Below, in pieces: positions 15,898 to 24,499 of a DNA stretch of 32,000 bases (position 1 is the stretch's first letter; every line of letters starts with the position of its first letter). The DNA lies in the NCBI RefSeq assembly GCF_002075285.3, contig NZ_CP021983.2:150001-182000 (forward strand). Reading direction: 5' to 3'. The position numbers and the translations under genes were made by a program. Source of the stretch: Halomicronema hongdechloris C2206. Lineage in GTDB: Bacteria > Cyanobacteriota > Cyanobacteriia > Phormidesmidales > Phormidesmidaceae. The notes below the pieces were generated by a model. The model made no database searches. It was given only the letters and a program-made list of their open reading frames with translations, and was not told where the DNA came from.

Positions 15898-17307
15898 TTG
15901 ACTGAGGCCCAAAATTCTTCGGTAACGGCACAGACTACCGTTTCCCGCCGGGAATTGCGGGAACTGGTGCGATCGCAACTGCAGATGCTCCTGGAGCAGA
16001 GCAACTTCCAGGGGGCCAAAGCGCTGCTGGTGCCAGTTCAACCTGCCGACATTGCCGAAGCCATTGAGGGCCTGCCGGAGGCGATGCAAGCCATTGCCTT
16101 TCGGCTGTTAGGGAAGGATGAAGCGATTGAGGTCTACGAGAATCTCGACTCCAGCGTGCAGCAATCCCTGGTGGAAGACTTCAAACGTCAGGATGTCCTC
16201 GACATCGTCGATAAGATGTCCCCTGACGATCGGGCCCGCTTATTCGACGAATTGCCCGCCAAGATCGTGCGGCAGTTACTCAAGCACATGAGCCCCCAAG
16301 AGCGGCAGGCTACGTCCCTGCTGCTGGGCTACGAGGCGGGCACCGCCGGGCGCATCATGACCCCGGAATATATCTCCCTGAAAGAGGGCTGGACCATTGC
16401 CCGCGCCCTCGATCACATTCGCAATCGGGCCCACCTCAGTGAAACCATTTACTACCTCTATGTCACCGATGCCGCCCGGCGCCTCACCGGCATCCTATCC
16501 TTGCGGGATCTGGTGATTGGCCAGCCCGACGAGAAGATTGGCAACCTCATGACCCGGGAAGCGGTGTCGGTGCAAACCGGCACCGACCAAGAAGAGGTGG
16601 CCCGTTTGATCCAGCGCTACGACTTTCTGGCGGTGCCCGTGGTGGATACCGAGCATCGCCTGGTGGGCATCATCACCGTGGACGATGTCATCGATGTGCT
16701 GGAAGAAGAAACCACCGAAGATATCTACGCCCTGGGCGGGGTGCAATCCGGCGGCGACAATTATTTTCAAACCAACCTACTGACGGTGGCCCGCAAGCGG
16801 GTGGTGTGGTTGTCGGTGTTGCTGGTGACTAACACCTTCACCACCGCCGTCATTCGCAGCCAGCAATCGGTCCTGGAGCAGGTGGTGGTGTTGGCGGCTT
16901 TTATTCCGTTGCTAATCGGCACCGGCGGCAACGTCGGGGCCCAGTCCTCGACGGTGGTGATCCGGGGACTCAATACCGATGCCATTCAGAGTCGCAATGC
17001 CCTGAATGTGATTCGTCGGGAGGCCATTGCCGGGGCATTTCTGGGCATCATGCTGGGGATTGTGGTCATGGTCTGGGCCTATGTCTTGCAGGGCAATCTG
17101 GCGGTCTCGATCACAGTGGGGGTGAGCCTAGTGGGGATTTCGATTCTGGCCTCTACGGCTGGGGCTTCCTTGCCATTTTTGTTCCAAACCGTGGGCTTCG
17201 ATCCGGCCCTGATGTCGGCACCGTTTATTACCACGGTGGTGGATGTGCTGGGCGTGTTAATTTATCTCAACCTGGCCCGGCAGGTGTTGCGCCTCGGCGC
17301 TCAGTAG
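15898..17307 (+). CDS. mgtE: Magnesium transporter MgtE
   Basis: MgtE N-domain (...DIVDKMSPDDRARLFDELP...), tandem CBS region and a C-terminal TM domain with ...PLLIGTGGNVGAQSS... The start is a TTG (15898) and uncertain. Confidence 0.9.
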   Translation: MTEAQNSSVTAQTTVSRRELRELVRSQLQMLLEQSNFQGAKALLVPVQPADIAEAIEGLPEAMQAIAFRLLGKDEAIEVYENLDSSVQQSLVEDFKRQDVLDIVDKMSPDDRARLFDELPAKIVRQLLKHMSPQERQATSLLLGYEAGTAGRIMTPEYISLKEGWTIARALDHIRNRAHLSETIYYLYVTDAARRLTGILSLRDLVIGQPDEKIGNLMTREAVSVQTGTDQEEVARLIQRYDFLAVPVVDTEHRLVGIITVDDVIDVLEEETTEDIYALGGVQSGGDNYFQTNLLTVARKRVVWLSVLLVTNTFTTAVIRSQQSVLEQVVVLAAFIPLLIGTGGNVGAQSSTVVIRGLNTDAIQSRNALNVIRREAIAGAFLGIMLGIVVMVWAYVLQGNLAVSITVGVSLVGISILASTAGASLPFLFQTVGFDPALMSAPFITTVVDVLGVLIYLNLARQVLRLGAQ

Positions 17308-17635
17308 GAAGGATGCCCCCAGTTGCCGGCGTTTGTCCCTAGCTGCGCAGGGGACAGAGTCATTGGTCACATTTGTTACCTATTTGCCATAGGATATAGT
17401 GATCACCTGATGGCACCCAGCGATGCGATCGCAACTAAGTAAACAAATGTTTACAATGTAACTAGTGCCATGCAGCGAATAGGCTCCAGGGGTCTCGGCT
17501 CCATTGCGGCCCTATGGCGTCATGTCCAACCTCGGCTATGGAAGCAGAGTGTCAGGATTCCCAGACTCAGTTCCTACAATAAGTAAGGTAGCTAGCTTTC
17601 CGTTTTCCTAGGTCAACCTAATCTGTCGGTGTGGA

Positions 17636-18397
17636 TTGCCCGTGCTTCAGAAGTTTAAGCAAGATTTGAAGAACGACTTGATCGCTGGCCTGTTGGTGAT
17701 CATTCCACTGGCCACGACCATTTGGCTGACGATTACGGTGGCCAATTGGGTGATTCGCTTTCTGACCCGGTTCCCGAAGCAGCTGAATCCATTTACTGGC
17801 CTCCACCCCATCCTGATCGACATGATCAACCTGTTGGTCGGGTTGGCCGTGCCCATGTTGGCCATTCTGCTGATCGGCCTCATGGCGCGCAACATCGTGG
17901 GGCGCTGGCTGCTAGATCTGGGGGAACGCATTCTCCAGTCCATCCCCTTGGCTGGGTCTGTCTACAAGACCTTGCAGCAACTGTTGCAGACCCTATTTCA
18001 AGACTCCAAGACCCGCTTCCGGCGGGTGGTGCTGGTGGAATATCCCCGTCGGGGCCTCTGGGCCATTGCCTTCGTCACCGGTGCGATTACCGCCGGCACA
18101 ACCGGAATGCCCCAGATGCTAAGCATTTTCGTGCCCACCACTCCCAACCCCACCAGTGGCTGGTATGCCGTGGTGCCGGAAGAGGATGTGATCAACCTCT
18201 CCATTTCCATTGAGGATGCCTTCAAGGTGTTGCTGTCGGGGGGCATCGTGGGGCCTGACCTGGCCGCATCAATCCCTTCTGAGCGATTAATGCGGGCCAC
18301 CCAGGAAAGCATGGCCACCCCCATGATGCCTCTGAACCAACCGATGACGGAGCGGGGACGGCAGTCTCTCTCTATGTTGCAGGTAGAGGACGATTAA
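17636..18397 (+). CDS. DUF502 family membrane protein
   Basis: ...LKNDLIAGLLVIIPLATTIWL..., ...IPLAGSVYKTLQQL..., ...VVLVEYPRRGLWAIAFVTG... are typical of DUF502. The start is non-ATG (TTG 17636 or GTG 17642) and uncertain. Confidence 0.75.
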   Translation: MPVLQKFKQDLKNDLIAGLLVIIPLATTIWLTITVANWVIRFLTRFPKQLNPFTGLHPILIDMINLLVGLAVPMLAILLIGLMARNIVGRWLLDLGERILQSIPLAGSVYKTLQQLLQTLFQDSKTRFRRVVLVEYPRRGLWAIAFVTGAITAGTTGMPQMLSIFVPTTPNPTSGWYAVVPEEDVINLSISIEDAFKVLLSGGIVGPDLAASIPSERLMRATQESMATPMMPLNQPMTERGRQSLSMLQVEDD

Positions 18398-18420
18398 GAG
18401 GACGATTAAAGGATACATCT

Positions 18421-19077
18421 ATGATGCAGGCTCGTCGAATCGCTCGTGAATTGGCTCTATTGGGCATGAGCCAACTACCTGATCGCCCCGAGAAATTACA
18501 ACAGCAAGATCTTGACACCCTGTTGCAAGCGGCGGTGCAGACCCTCACCCTAGAGGCCCGCGATACCCTAGAATCTGCCGCTGCCGAGTTGCAGCGCAGC
18601 GACGAGCGACTGGTGGCCAGTGACATTCAGGCCACCGATGTGCAGGGGGCTCGCACCATGGTGCAAGATGCCATTGCCCTGACGCAGACTGCTATCAACC
18701 GCCTCGGCATGGCCCTGGAGTTGCCGGAGTTCATTCAACTTACCAATCGCAAAGCGGTGCGCAACTTTGCCCTGGAGTTGTTGACGAACGTGGCCCAGCA
18801 GATTGACACCATAGACGAGCAGCTAGATCAAGTGATGATAGCCTGGCAGGTGAAGCGCTTGGCCCGCATCGATCGTGACATCTTGCGCTTGGCCATCGTG
18901 GATATTCAATACCTGGGCACGCCTGATCGGGTGGCGATCAATGAAGCGGTGGAACTGTCTAAACGCTATAGCGGCGACGAAGGACATCGATTCATCAACG
19001 GAGTCCTGCGCCGAGTGGTGAATGCCAATGCTCGGTCATCTCGCATGGCCGCGGCGGATACGTCTCCTTCGGCCTAG
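18421..19077 (+). CDS. nusB: Transcription antitermination factor NusB
   Basis: MMQARRIARELALLGMSQL..., ...RIDRDILRLAIVDI..., ...INEAVELSKRYSGDEGHRFINGVLRRV are NusB signatures, and the DUF502-nusB-ftsY order is typical of cyanobacteria. Confidence 0.9.
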   Translation: MMQARRIARELALLGMSQLPDRPEKLQQQDLDTLLQAAVQTLTLEARDTLESAAAELQRSDERLVASDIQATDVQGARTMVQDAIALTQTAINRLGMALELPEFIQLTNRKAVRNFALELLTNVAQQIDTIDEQLDQVMIAWQVKRLARIDRDILRLAIVDIQYLGTPDRVAINEAVELSKRYSGDEGHRFINGVLRRVVNANARSSRMAAADTSPSA

Positions 19078-19193
19078 GGACGGGGGGCCATCTTCGCGGC
19101 CGGGAAACTCTTCGGTACCGTTACTTCGCTATAGTAGCCTCATAATAGTTAGAGTCTCTGCTGGTATCTAAGGCGCATTGGCCGCGATAGTTC

Positions 19194-20618
19194 ATGTTAG
19201 GTTTTAACTGGTTTAGCCGCCGCTACGACAACGACTCCAAATCTGCTGATGCTGCTGACGAGGCTGCGGAGCAGGCCGCCCAGAGTGACGACGCTTCTGA
19301 GCAGTCTGCCCAGAGTGATGACACCTCCCAGTCGGCACCAGAATCTAGCAATGACTATCTAGCCTGGGCCAAGGCTGCCTACCAGTCTCTTCGGCAGCAA
19401 CGGGCCGGCCAGCCGGCCACTGCTGAGGACAGCCAAGCCGCTCCTGAGCCGCCGCCAACAGCAGACACCGCGGCCCCGGCTGCCACTCCTTTTTGGGCCA
19501 AGGCCGATACCGAACGGCAACAGCGGCTAGAGCGCTTGCAGCAAGAGGCGGCAGTAGAGTCGGCCCCGAAGCCAGCAGCTGCGCCGGCGGCTGCACCGGA
19601 GTCGCCCCTGGCATTGGATGAGGCGTTTTTGTGGTCAGCAGAGGTGTTGGCCGCCCAAGGGCGCCGCCCCGATCAGGTGTCTGAGGAAGAAATTACCTGG
19701 CTAAACCGCCTGCGCCAAGGGCTCGACAAGACTCGCCGCGGCCTGGTGAATCAACTCAAGTCTGTGGTCGGCCAGGGCCCCCTGAACCAAGATGCGGTAC
19801 TGGAGATTGAGTCGCTGTTGCTGCAGGCCGATGTGGGCATTGAGGCCACCGACCGGGTGATAGATGCCCTGCAGGAGCGATTACGGCAAGAGACATTGCC
19901 GCCAGATCAGGCCATCAACTACCTGAAGTCGATTCTGCGGGACATGTTGGACAGCCCGCTGGCGGGAGCGCCTAATTTGGGATTTGTGCCTGAGAGAGAG
20001 CGGCTGAATATCTGGTTGATAACGGGGGTGAACGGGGCCGGTAAGACCACCACCATCGGTAAGTTGGCCCACATCGCCAGGAAATCCGGTTACAGTTGCC
20101 TGATTGCGGCTGCCGATACCTTTCGGGCCGCTGCCGTAGAGCAGGTGAAGGCCTGGGGCGCCCGCAGCCAGGTGGAGGTGATTGCCAATCCCGGTAAGAA
20201 TACGGATCCGGCGGCGGTGGTATTCGATGCGATCGCATCGGCTCAATCCCGCGGCACTGAACTGCTCCTAGTGGATACGGCTGGCCGCCTGCAGAATAAG
20301 AAAAACTTGATGGAAGAGCTGGCCAAGGTACGGCGCATCATCGACCGCAAGGCCCCCGATGCCCAGGTAGAATCCCTGCTGGTGCTGGATGCCACCCTGG
20401 GGCAGAACGGCCTGCGCCAGGCCCAGGTCTTCTCGGAGGTCGCTAATCTCAGCGGCGTGGTGTTGACCAAGTTAGACGGCACCGCCAAGGGAGGCGTAGC
20501 CCTGGCGGTGGTGAATCAACTGGGGTTGCCCATCCGTTTCATCGGCGCCGGGGAAGGCATCGAGGATCTGCGGCCCTTTTCCAGCTATGAGTTTGTAGAA
20601 GCGCTGCTGAGCGGCTAA
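19194..20618 (+). CDS. ftsY: Signal recognition particle receptor FtsY
   Basis: Acidic repetitive N-terminus, then the NG domain: GVNGAGKTTTIGKLA, DTAGRLQNK, TKLDGTAKGG. Confidence 0.95.
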   Translation: MLGFNWFSRRYDNDSKSADAADEAAEQAAQSDDASEQSAQSDDTSQSAPESSNDYLAWAKAAYQSLRQQRAGQPATAEDSQAAPEPPPTADTAAPAATPFWAKADTERQQRLERLQQEAAVESAPKPAAAPAAAPESPLALDEAFLWSAEVLAAQGRRPDQVSEEEITWLNRLRQGLDKTRRGLVNQLKSVVGQGPLNQDAVLEIESLLLQADVGIEATDRVIDALQERLRQETLPPDQAINYLKSILRDMLDSPLAGAPNLGFVPERERLNIWLITGVNGAGKTTTIGKLAHIARKSGYSCLIAAADTFRAAAVEQVKAWGARSQVEVIANPGKNTDPAAVVFDAIASAQSRGTELLLVDTAGRLQNKKNLMEELAKVRRIIDRKAPDAQVESLLVLDATLGQNGLRQAQVFSEVANLSGVVLTKLDGTAKGGVALAVVNQLGLPIRFIGAGEGIEDLRPFSSYEFVEALLSG

Positions 20619-20677
20619 TGTGACAAGATTCCCGCCGCTGTTGGCTAAATTTGAATAGCTTGACTTAACTTCTTGCT

Positions 20678-21001
20678 ATGTCCCTTGCAATCCTATCGGA
20701 ACCTGCTCCTTTGGCAGTTAACCCTGATGGCGTGGTCAGGGTTGGTGGAACCCGGGTGACCTTAGATACCATCGTCGCTGCGTTTAAGCAGGGTGCCACG
20801 GCAGAGGAAATTGTCCATCGTTACCCATCCTTGAGGTTGGGTGATGTTTACGCTTCAATTGCCTACTATCTAAATCATCAGCAGGAAGTAGACGCTTATC
20901 TCAAACAGCGTCAGCAGCAAGCGCAAGAAATTCGCCAAATGAATCAGGTTCGATTTGACCCGCAGGGTTTGGCGAGATCGGTTACTGGCTCGCAAGGCTG
21001 A
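20678..21001 (+). CDS. DUF433 domain protein, orphan antitoxin-like; C-terminus apparently frameshifted
   Basis: ...VRVGGTRVTLDTIVAAFKQGATAEEIVHRYPSLRLGDVYASIAYYLNHQQEVDAYL... From about 20970 the +1 frame reads DRLLARKAERQA*. Its TGA (21012-21014) overlaps ATG 21011 in the same ATGA arrangement as the intact pair at 11370. Confidence 0.7.
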   Translation: MSLAILSEPAPLAVNPDGVVRVGGTRVTLDTIVAAFKQGATAEEIVHRYPSLRLGDVYASIAYYLNHQQEVDAYLKQRQQQAQEIRQMNQVRFDPQGLARSVTGSQG

Positions 21002-21010
21002 ACGGCAAGC

Positions 21011-21034
21011 ATGATCAAACTGCTGGCTGGCTAA
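21011..21034 (+). pseudogene. Seven-codon stub of the PIN-like (DUF5615) partner toxin
   Basis: ATGATCAAACTGCTGGCTGGCTAA gives MIKLLAG*. DUF5615 proteins start M(I/K)(F/L)L(A/L)DEN. The rest is absent, and the amidase 3' end starts 9 nt later on the other strand. Confidence 0.35.
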
Positions 21035-21042
21035 TTAGCGGC

Positions 21043-22416
21043 CTAAATACTCCAAAGATGCCGGCGGCGATGCCATCCGGCAATCTGGTTTCGTTGGGCC
21101 GGGTCCCGCAGGCGTCGGACATCGTCCTGGCCGGTGACAAAGCCGGTTTCCACCAACACCGCCGGCATCGACGTCCGCCGCAAGACATAGAAGCGGGCTT
21201 GGCGCACTCCCCGATCGGCAATGTCGACCCGCCGCAGAATATTGGCGTGGATGATTTGGGCCAGGCGTTGCCCCAGGGAATAGTAGTAGGTTTCCAAGCC
21301 ATTGACCTCGGGACGGCTGAGGCTGATGGCGTTGGCATGAATGCTGACGAAGAGATCGGCTTGGGCCCGCTCGGCGAAGGTCACTCGAGGTTCTAGGTCG
21401 ATGAAGCGATCGTCGCTGCGGGTCATCAGCACGGTGATGCCCTGGCGTTGCAACTGTTGCTGTACCCGTTGAGAGATGGCCAGGTTGATGCCCTTTTCTT
21501 GCAAACCGGCAATGCCGATGGCCCCCGGATCCCTGCCGCCGTGGCCGGGGTCGATGACTACCACTAGCTCTCCCTGGGGAATGGCAGGCACCTCAGGGGT
21601 GCTGGCCACCGACAGGGCCTCACTGGCGGTGAGAATTTGCACCGGCAAATTCAAGCGCTGCAGTTGCTGCCGAATCCCTTCGGCCCGGTCTCGTTCTCGA
21701 AACAGCCCTACCTGAATCACAGAGCGACCGTCGAGGGTGGTCCGAAAGGCCTCGGGTTCCACCTCCCTGACCCGATTCAGGGCGGCGCTGTTGGTGGCGG
21801 GGACGACAACGCGATAGAGGGCTTGGGCGGCATTGGCGAATAGGGCCGGTGGCTCGTTCGTGGCCACTGGCGTGGCGGCGGTCGCTAAGGCTGGTCCTGG
21901 GTCACTGGCAGTAGCCAGGCCCTCAATCGGGGCGTCATGGCTGAGATAGATATGGCCTAGGGCCTCGCCCTTGTAGGTGCGCTGGGTCAGGCGCCAGCCG
22001 GGGGCCAACTCGATTTTAAGGAAGCCATTGCTCTGACCATGGGTACGGCCGATGGGCAGGGTGGGCAGGGCCGGATCGCGAATGGGCACCGCCTGCAGGA
22101 CTAGATCCTCCCGCTGGGGAACGATCTGCAGGCGGTAACGGGTGCCTAGGTCGGTGCCGTTGACGCGGACGGAGTAGCCGTTGCTGTCGGTGCTGCGATC
22201 GCAAATGCCGCTGAAGTCAAACTGCAGCAGCAGGGGCTCCACCTGTACTGGGGTCTGGTCGACCTCCCGCCAGCAAGGACGCTGATCGCTGAGCTGGTGC
22301 AGGATCAGCAGGGTATGGAAGTTGCCCTGGCGCACCGGCGATGCGATCGCAATTACCCGCTCTGGATCCAGGGACCGTTGCCCGAAGCGAGCTGCCGCCG
22401 TCGCTGGTGCCGCCAT
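21043..22416 (-). CDS. N-acetylmuramoyl-L-alanine amidase (Amidase_3) with a cyanobacterial N-terminal domain; both termini look frame-disturbed
   Basis: C-terminal half: VVVIDPGHGGRDPGA..., ...DLFVSIHANA..., ...PAVLVETGFVTG... N-terminal half: ...CWREVDQTPVQVEPLLLQFDFSGICDRSTDSNGYSVRVNG... From memory this may be a DUF3747-like domain. See the findings for the frame problems at about 21080 and 22432-22435. Confidence 0.85.
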   Translation of the reverse strand: MAAPATAAARFGQRSLDPERVIAIASPVRQGNFHTLLILHQLSDQRPCWREVDQTPVQVEPLLLQFDFSGICDRSTDSNGYSVRVNGTDLGTRYRLQIVPQREDLVLQAVPIRDPALPTLPIGRTHGQSNGFLKIELAPGWRLTQRTYKGEALGHIYLSHDAPIEGLATASDPGPALATAATPVATNEPPALFANAAQALYRVVVPATNSAALNRVREVEPEAFRTTLDGRSVIQVGLFRERDRAEGIRQQLQRLNLPVQILTASEALSVASTPEVPAIPQGELVVVIDPGHGGRDPGAIGIAGLQEKGINLAISQRVQQQLQRQGITVLMTRSDDRFIDLEPRVTFAERAQADLFVSIHANAISLSRPEVNGLETYYYSLGQRLAQIIHANILRRVDIADRGVRQARFYVLRRTSMPAVLVETGFVTGQDDVRRLRDPAQRNQIAGWHRRRHLWSI

Positions 22417-22902
22417 CCCCAGAGCCCCGACAAAAGGCCGCTGTCATTGCTGCCAAGACTGGTTTAGAGAAGCCATCCCTCTGGTCTCGATGCAATAGGT
22501 CGCCAAATTGACTGAGTCCCATCTTAGAACTCTAGAGCCCCACTGCCATCAGAATGCTGAAAAAGGATGGGACATTTTTCCAGGCACCCCTGGCTTATTG
22601 GACGGGATCGAGCTGGGATTGGGTCCCGGGAAGAGGGGGGAGTGGGAGGAGTGGGGGAGTAATGGGGTGATGGAGTGTATAGCCTAACGGCATTCAAGAA
22701 AGGCGGAGCCTGCCCGGAGGGCTTAGGGGTGTAGACGCGGTAGCGGCTTCCCGGAAGGTAGGAGTGATGGGGAAAAGGAAAACGGAGAACGGCTTGCCCT
22801 GTTCGCGAAGCGGCTCCGTAGGAGCAACGCAGTCGAAGGGAGGGCGGAGAACGGAAAAGGGAATAGGGTAGGGGTGTGGTTGCCGCGCCCAATGCAGAAA
22901 AG

Positions 22903-22934
22903 CTCTTCACTCTTCACTCTTCACTCTTCACTCC
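22903..22934. repeat. Perfect heptamer tandem repeat (CTCTTCA)x4 plus CTCC
   Basis: Units at 22903, 22910, 22917 and 22924, about 95 nt upstream of the parA-like ATG. The repeat sits at the end of a ~300-nt strongly strand-asymmetric (purine-rich on +) low-complexity stretch. Confidence 0.9.
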
Positions 22935-23028
22935 CCCTCTGTCTTCCCAGTTTGACCATCCCTGCAAAAGGTATTACATCTTTAGAGGTTTAGGGCTTAA
23001 ATCCCATCCCCAATTAGGGCGGTTCTCC

Positions 23029-23754
23029 ATGCTCAAAGTCGCAATCTGGAATCTCAAAGGTGGCACCGGTAAATCGTCCACGGCTCAGAACTTAGGGGCT
23101 GAGCTAGTGGCCGCCAAGTTTAGGACAGTCTTAATCGATCTAGATGGCCAGCGTACCCTGAGCTACAGCTTTGGTATGGAGAAGAGTTCTCCCAACGTGC
23201 TGGACTGGTTAGAGCGGCGAGGACAGCCCCTGCTGACGGGCATGGATGGCCTGTATCTGGTGCCGGGGGACATTGGCATGTTTCAGATTTCCTCCGAGGA
23301 GGATGTGCTGGGACAGGCCCTGGCTCGGCTCAAGGGGTTCGATGTTTGCCTGATGGACTGTCCCCCTAGCTTAGGGGCGCCGACCCTACAGGCTATTTGG
23401 AACGCGGATCGCCTGCTGATGCCCACCCTGATGGAGCCTGCCAGCCTCAAAGGTCTGGCAGAAGCAGTAGAGCTGATCAAGGATGAACGGCAAGGCCTCC
23501 CCGTTGATATCCTGCGGACCCGCTACAAACCCCGGCTGCGCATCAGCCGTGACGCGGCGGATCAGTTGATCGAGGGCGTGAAGCGCTCTCACTACACCCT
23601 CTTGAAGACAGCCATCCCTGAGAATGTGGCCATTGCCGAGGCCATTGCTCGACAGATGCCGGTGAGTGAGCATTTGGCCGGGTCCCTGGGGGCGGCGGCC
23701 TATCGAGACTTAGCCCAGGAAGTCGCGAGCCGCTGGAAACTCAGCCAGTCCTAG
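23029..23754 (+). CDS. ParA/MinD-family P-loop ATPase, orphan (no parB-like gene adjacent)
   Basis: MLKVAIWNLKGGTGKSSTAQNLG is the deviant Walker A KGGxxGKS with the signature Lys; ...VCLMDCPPSLG is Walker B. I prefer ATG 23029 to the track start 22876, which lies in the repeat region. Confidence 0.85.
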   Translation: MLKVAIWNLKGGTGKSSTAQNLGAELVAAKFRTVLIDLDGQRTLSYSFGMEKSSPNVLDWLERRGQPLLTGMDGLYLVPGDIGMFQISSEEDVLGQALARLKGFDVCLMDCPPSLGAPTLQAIWNADRLLMPTLMEPASLKGLAEAVELIKDERQGLPVDILRTRYKPRLRISRDAADQLIEGVKRSHYTLLKTAIPENVAIAEAIARQMPVSEHLAGSLGAAAYRDLAQEVASRWKLSQS

Positions 23755-24084
23755 GGGGTCTGCCCCAGCGGGCTGGGATCGATGAATTGGCTGCCGAAGC
23801 CATAGGCCAAACTGGGATGGTTCTGCCAGTCGGTGATGTTACTGGAGAGTAAATCTGGTCGCCGCAGCAGGAGGCTGGCGTCTGGTGTCACCCCACTGAT
23901 AGTAATTTGAGCCCCATCCGAGCACGGCGCAGATCCCGGTCGACCTGTTCATCCAAGGCATAGATCGCTGACCACTGACGAGATAGAGAAGGCGCCATTG
24001 TCCCATTAATTTTTGAGACAAAGCCGCATGTCTATATAAAACACTCTAAAATTTCTGTATCAGAAGATACGGAATTATGGTTTC

Positions 24085-24300
24085 ATGAGTACTTTTACGC
24101 CGGCATCTCAGACAGCCACAGCCCCTGTAAATGGCTTCATTCCTCAAGCTAATCAGTGGGTGCGATTACGCGATCGCATCTCCGAGTACAGTGCCGAGGA
24201 AGCCCTACTCCTGTGCGAAAACGCCGATGGCTCCTGGGTGGCATGGGTGCCCGACCACGGCGAGACTCAGCTGCAGCGGGAGCAGTTACTGAAGCTCTGA
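24085..24300 (+). CDS. Small hypothetical protein (71 aa)
   Basis: Intact ORF MSTFTPASQ...WVRLRDRISEYSAEEALLLCENADGSWVAWVPDHGETQL, compositionally protein-like. I cannot name a family. Confidence 0.45.
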   Translation: MSTFTPASQTATAPVNGFIPQANQWVRLRDRISEYSAEEALLLCENADGSWVAWVPDHGETQLQREQLLKL

Positions 24301-24499
24301 CCCTAAGATTCTAGGTAAGAGGTGATTTGCAAAACGCCTAAATAGCCGTCAGGGGAAGGTTTCCCGAATCATTGCCAACGCTCAGGCAAGATCTCTAAAG
24401 TCTTGACAACGCTTGCCTTGCAGGCTTTTTAAGATTTTCTTGGCAAATTAGCTCTAAGGGATTCACCGTCTGCCCTTGACTACAGAAGGCCAGCACCGC

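Noticed and set aside
17439-17454. NtcA binding site
   Set aside because: The palindrome is GTA-N10-TAC, whereas the NtcA consensus is GTA-N8-TAC. The spacing does not fit.
22524-22917. 128-aa and 64-aa reverse-strand ORFs
   Set aside because: They lie wholly in the purine/pyrimidine-skewed repeat block. The translations are Pro/Ser/Leu low-complexity sequence produced by the repeats.
23751-23998. Reverse-strand small gene (MAPSLSRQWSAIYALDEQVDRDLRRARMGLKLLSVG / VTPDASLLLRRPDLLSSNITDWQNHPSLAYGFGSQFIDPSPLGQTP) needing a frameshift in a G4 run at 23891-23894
   Set aside because: It reads protein-like in two frames and ends in a CCTAGG stop overlap with the parA-like gene. I cannot name a family, and it requires an assumed indel, so support is too weak to list as a feature.
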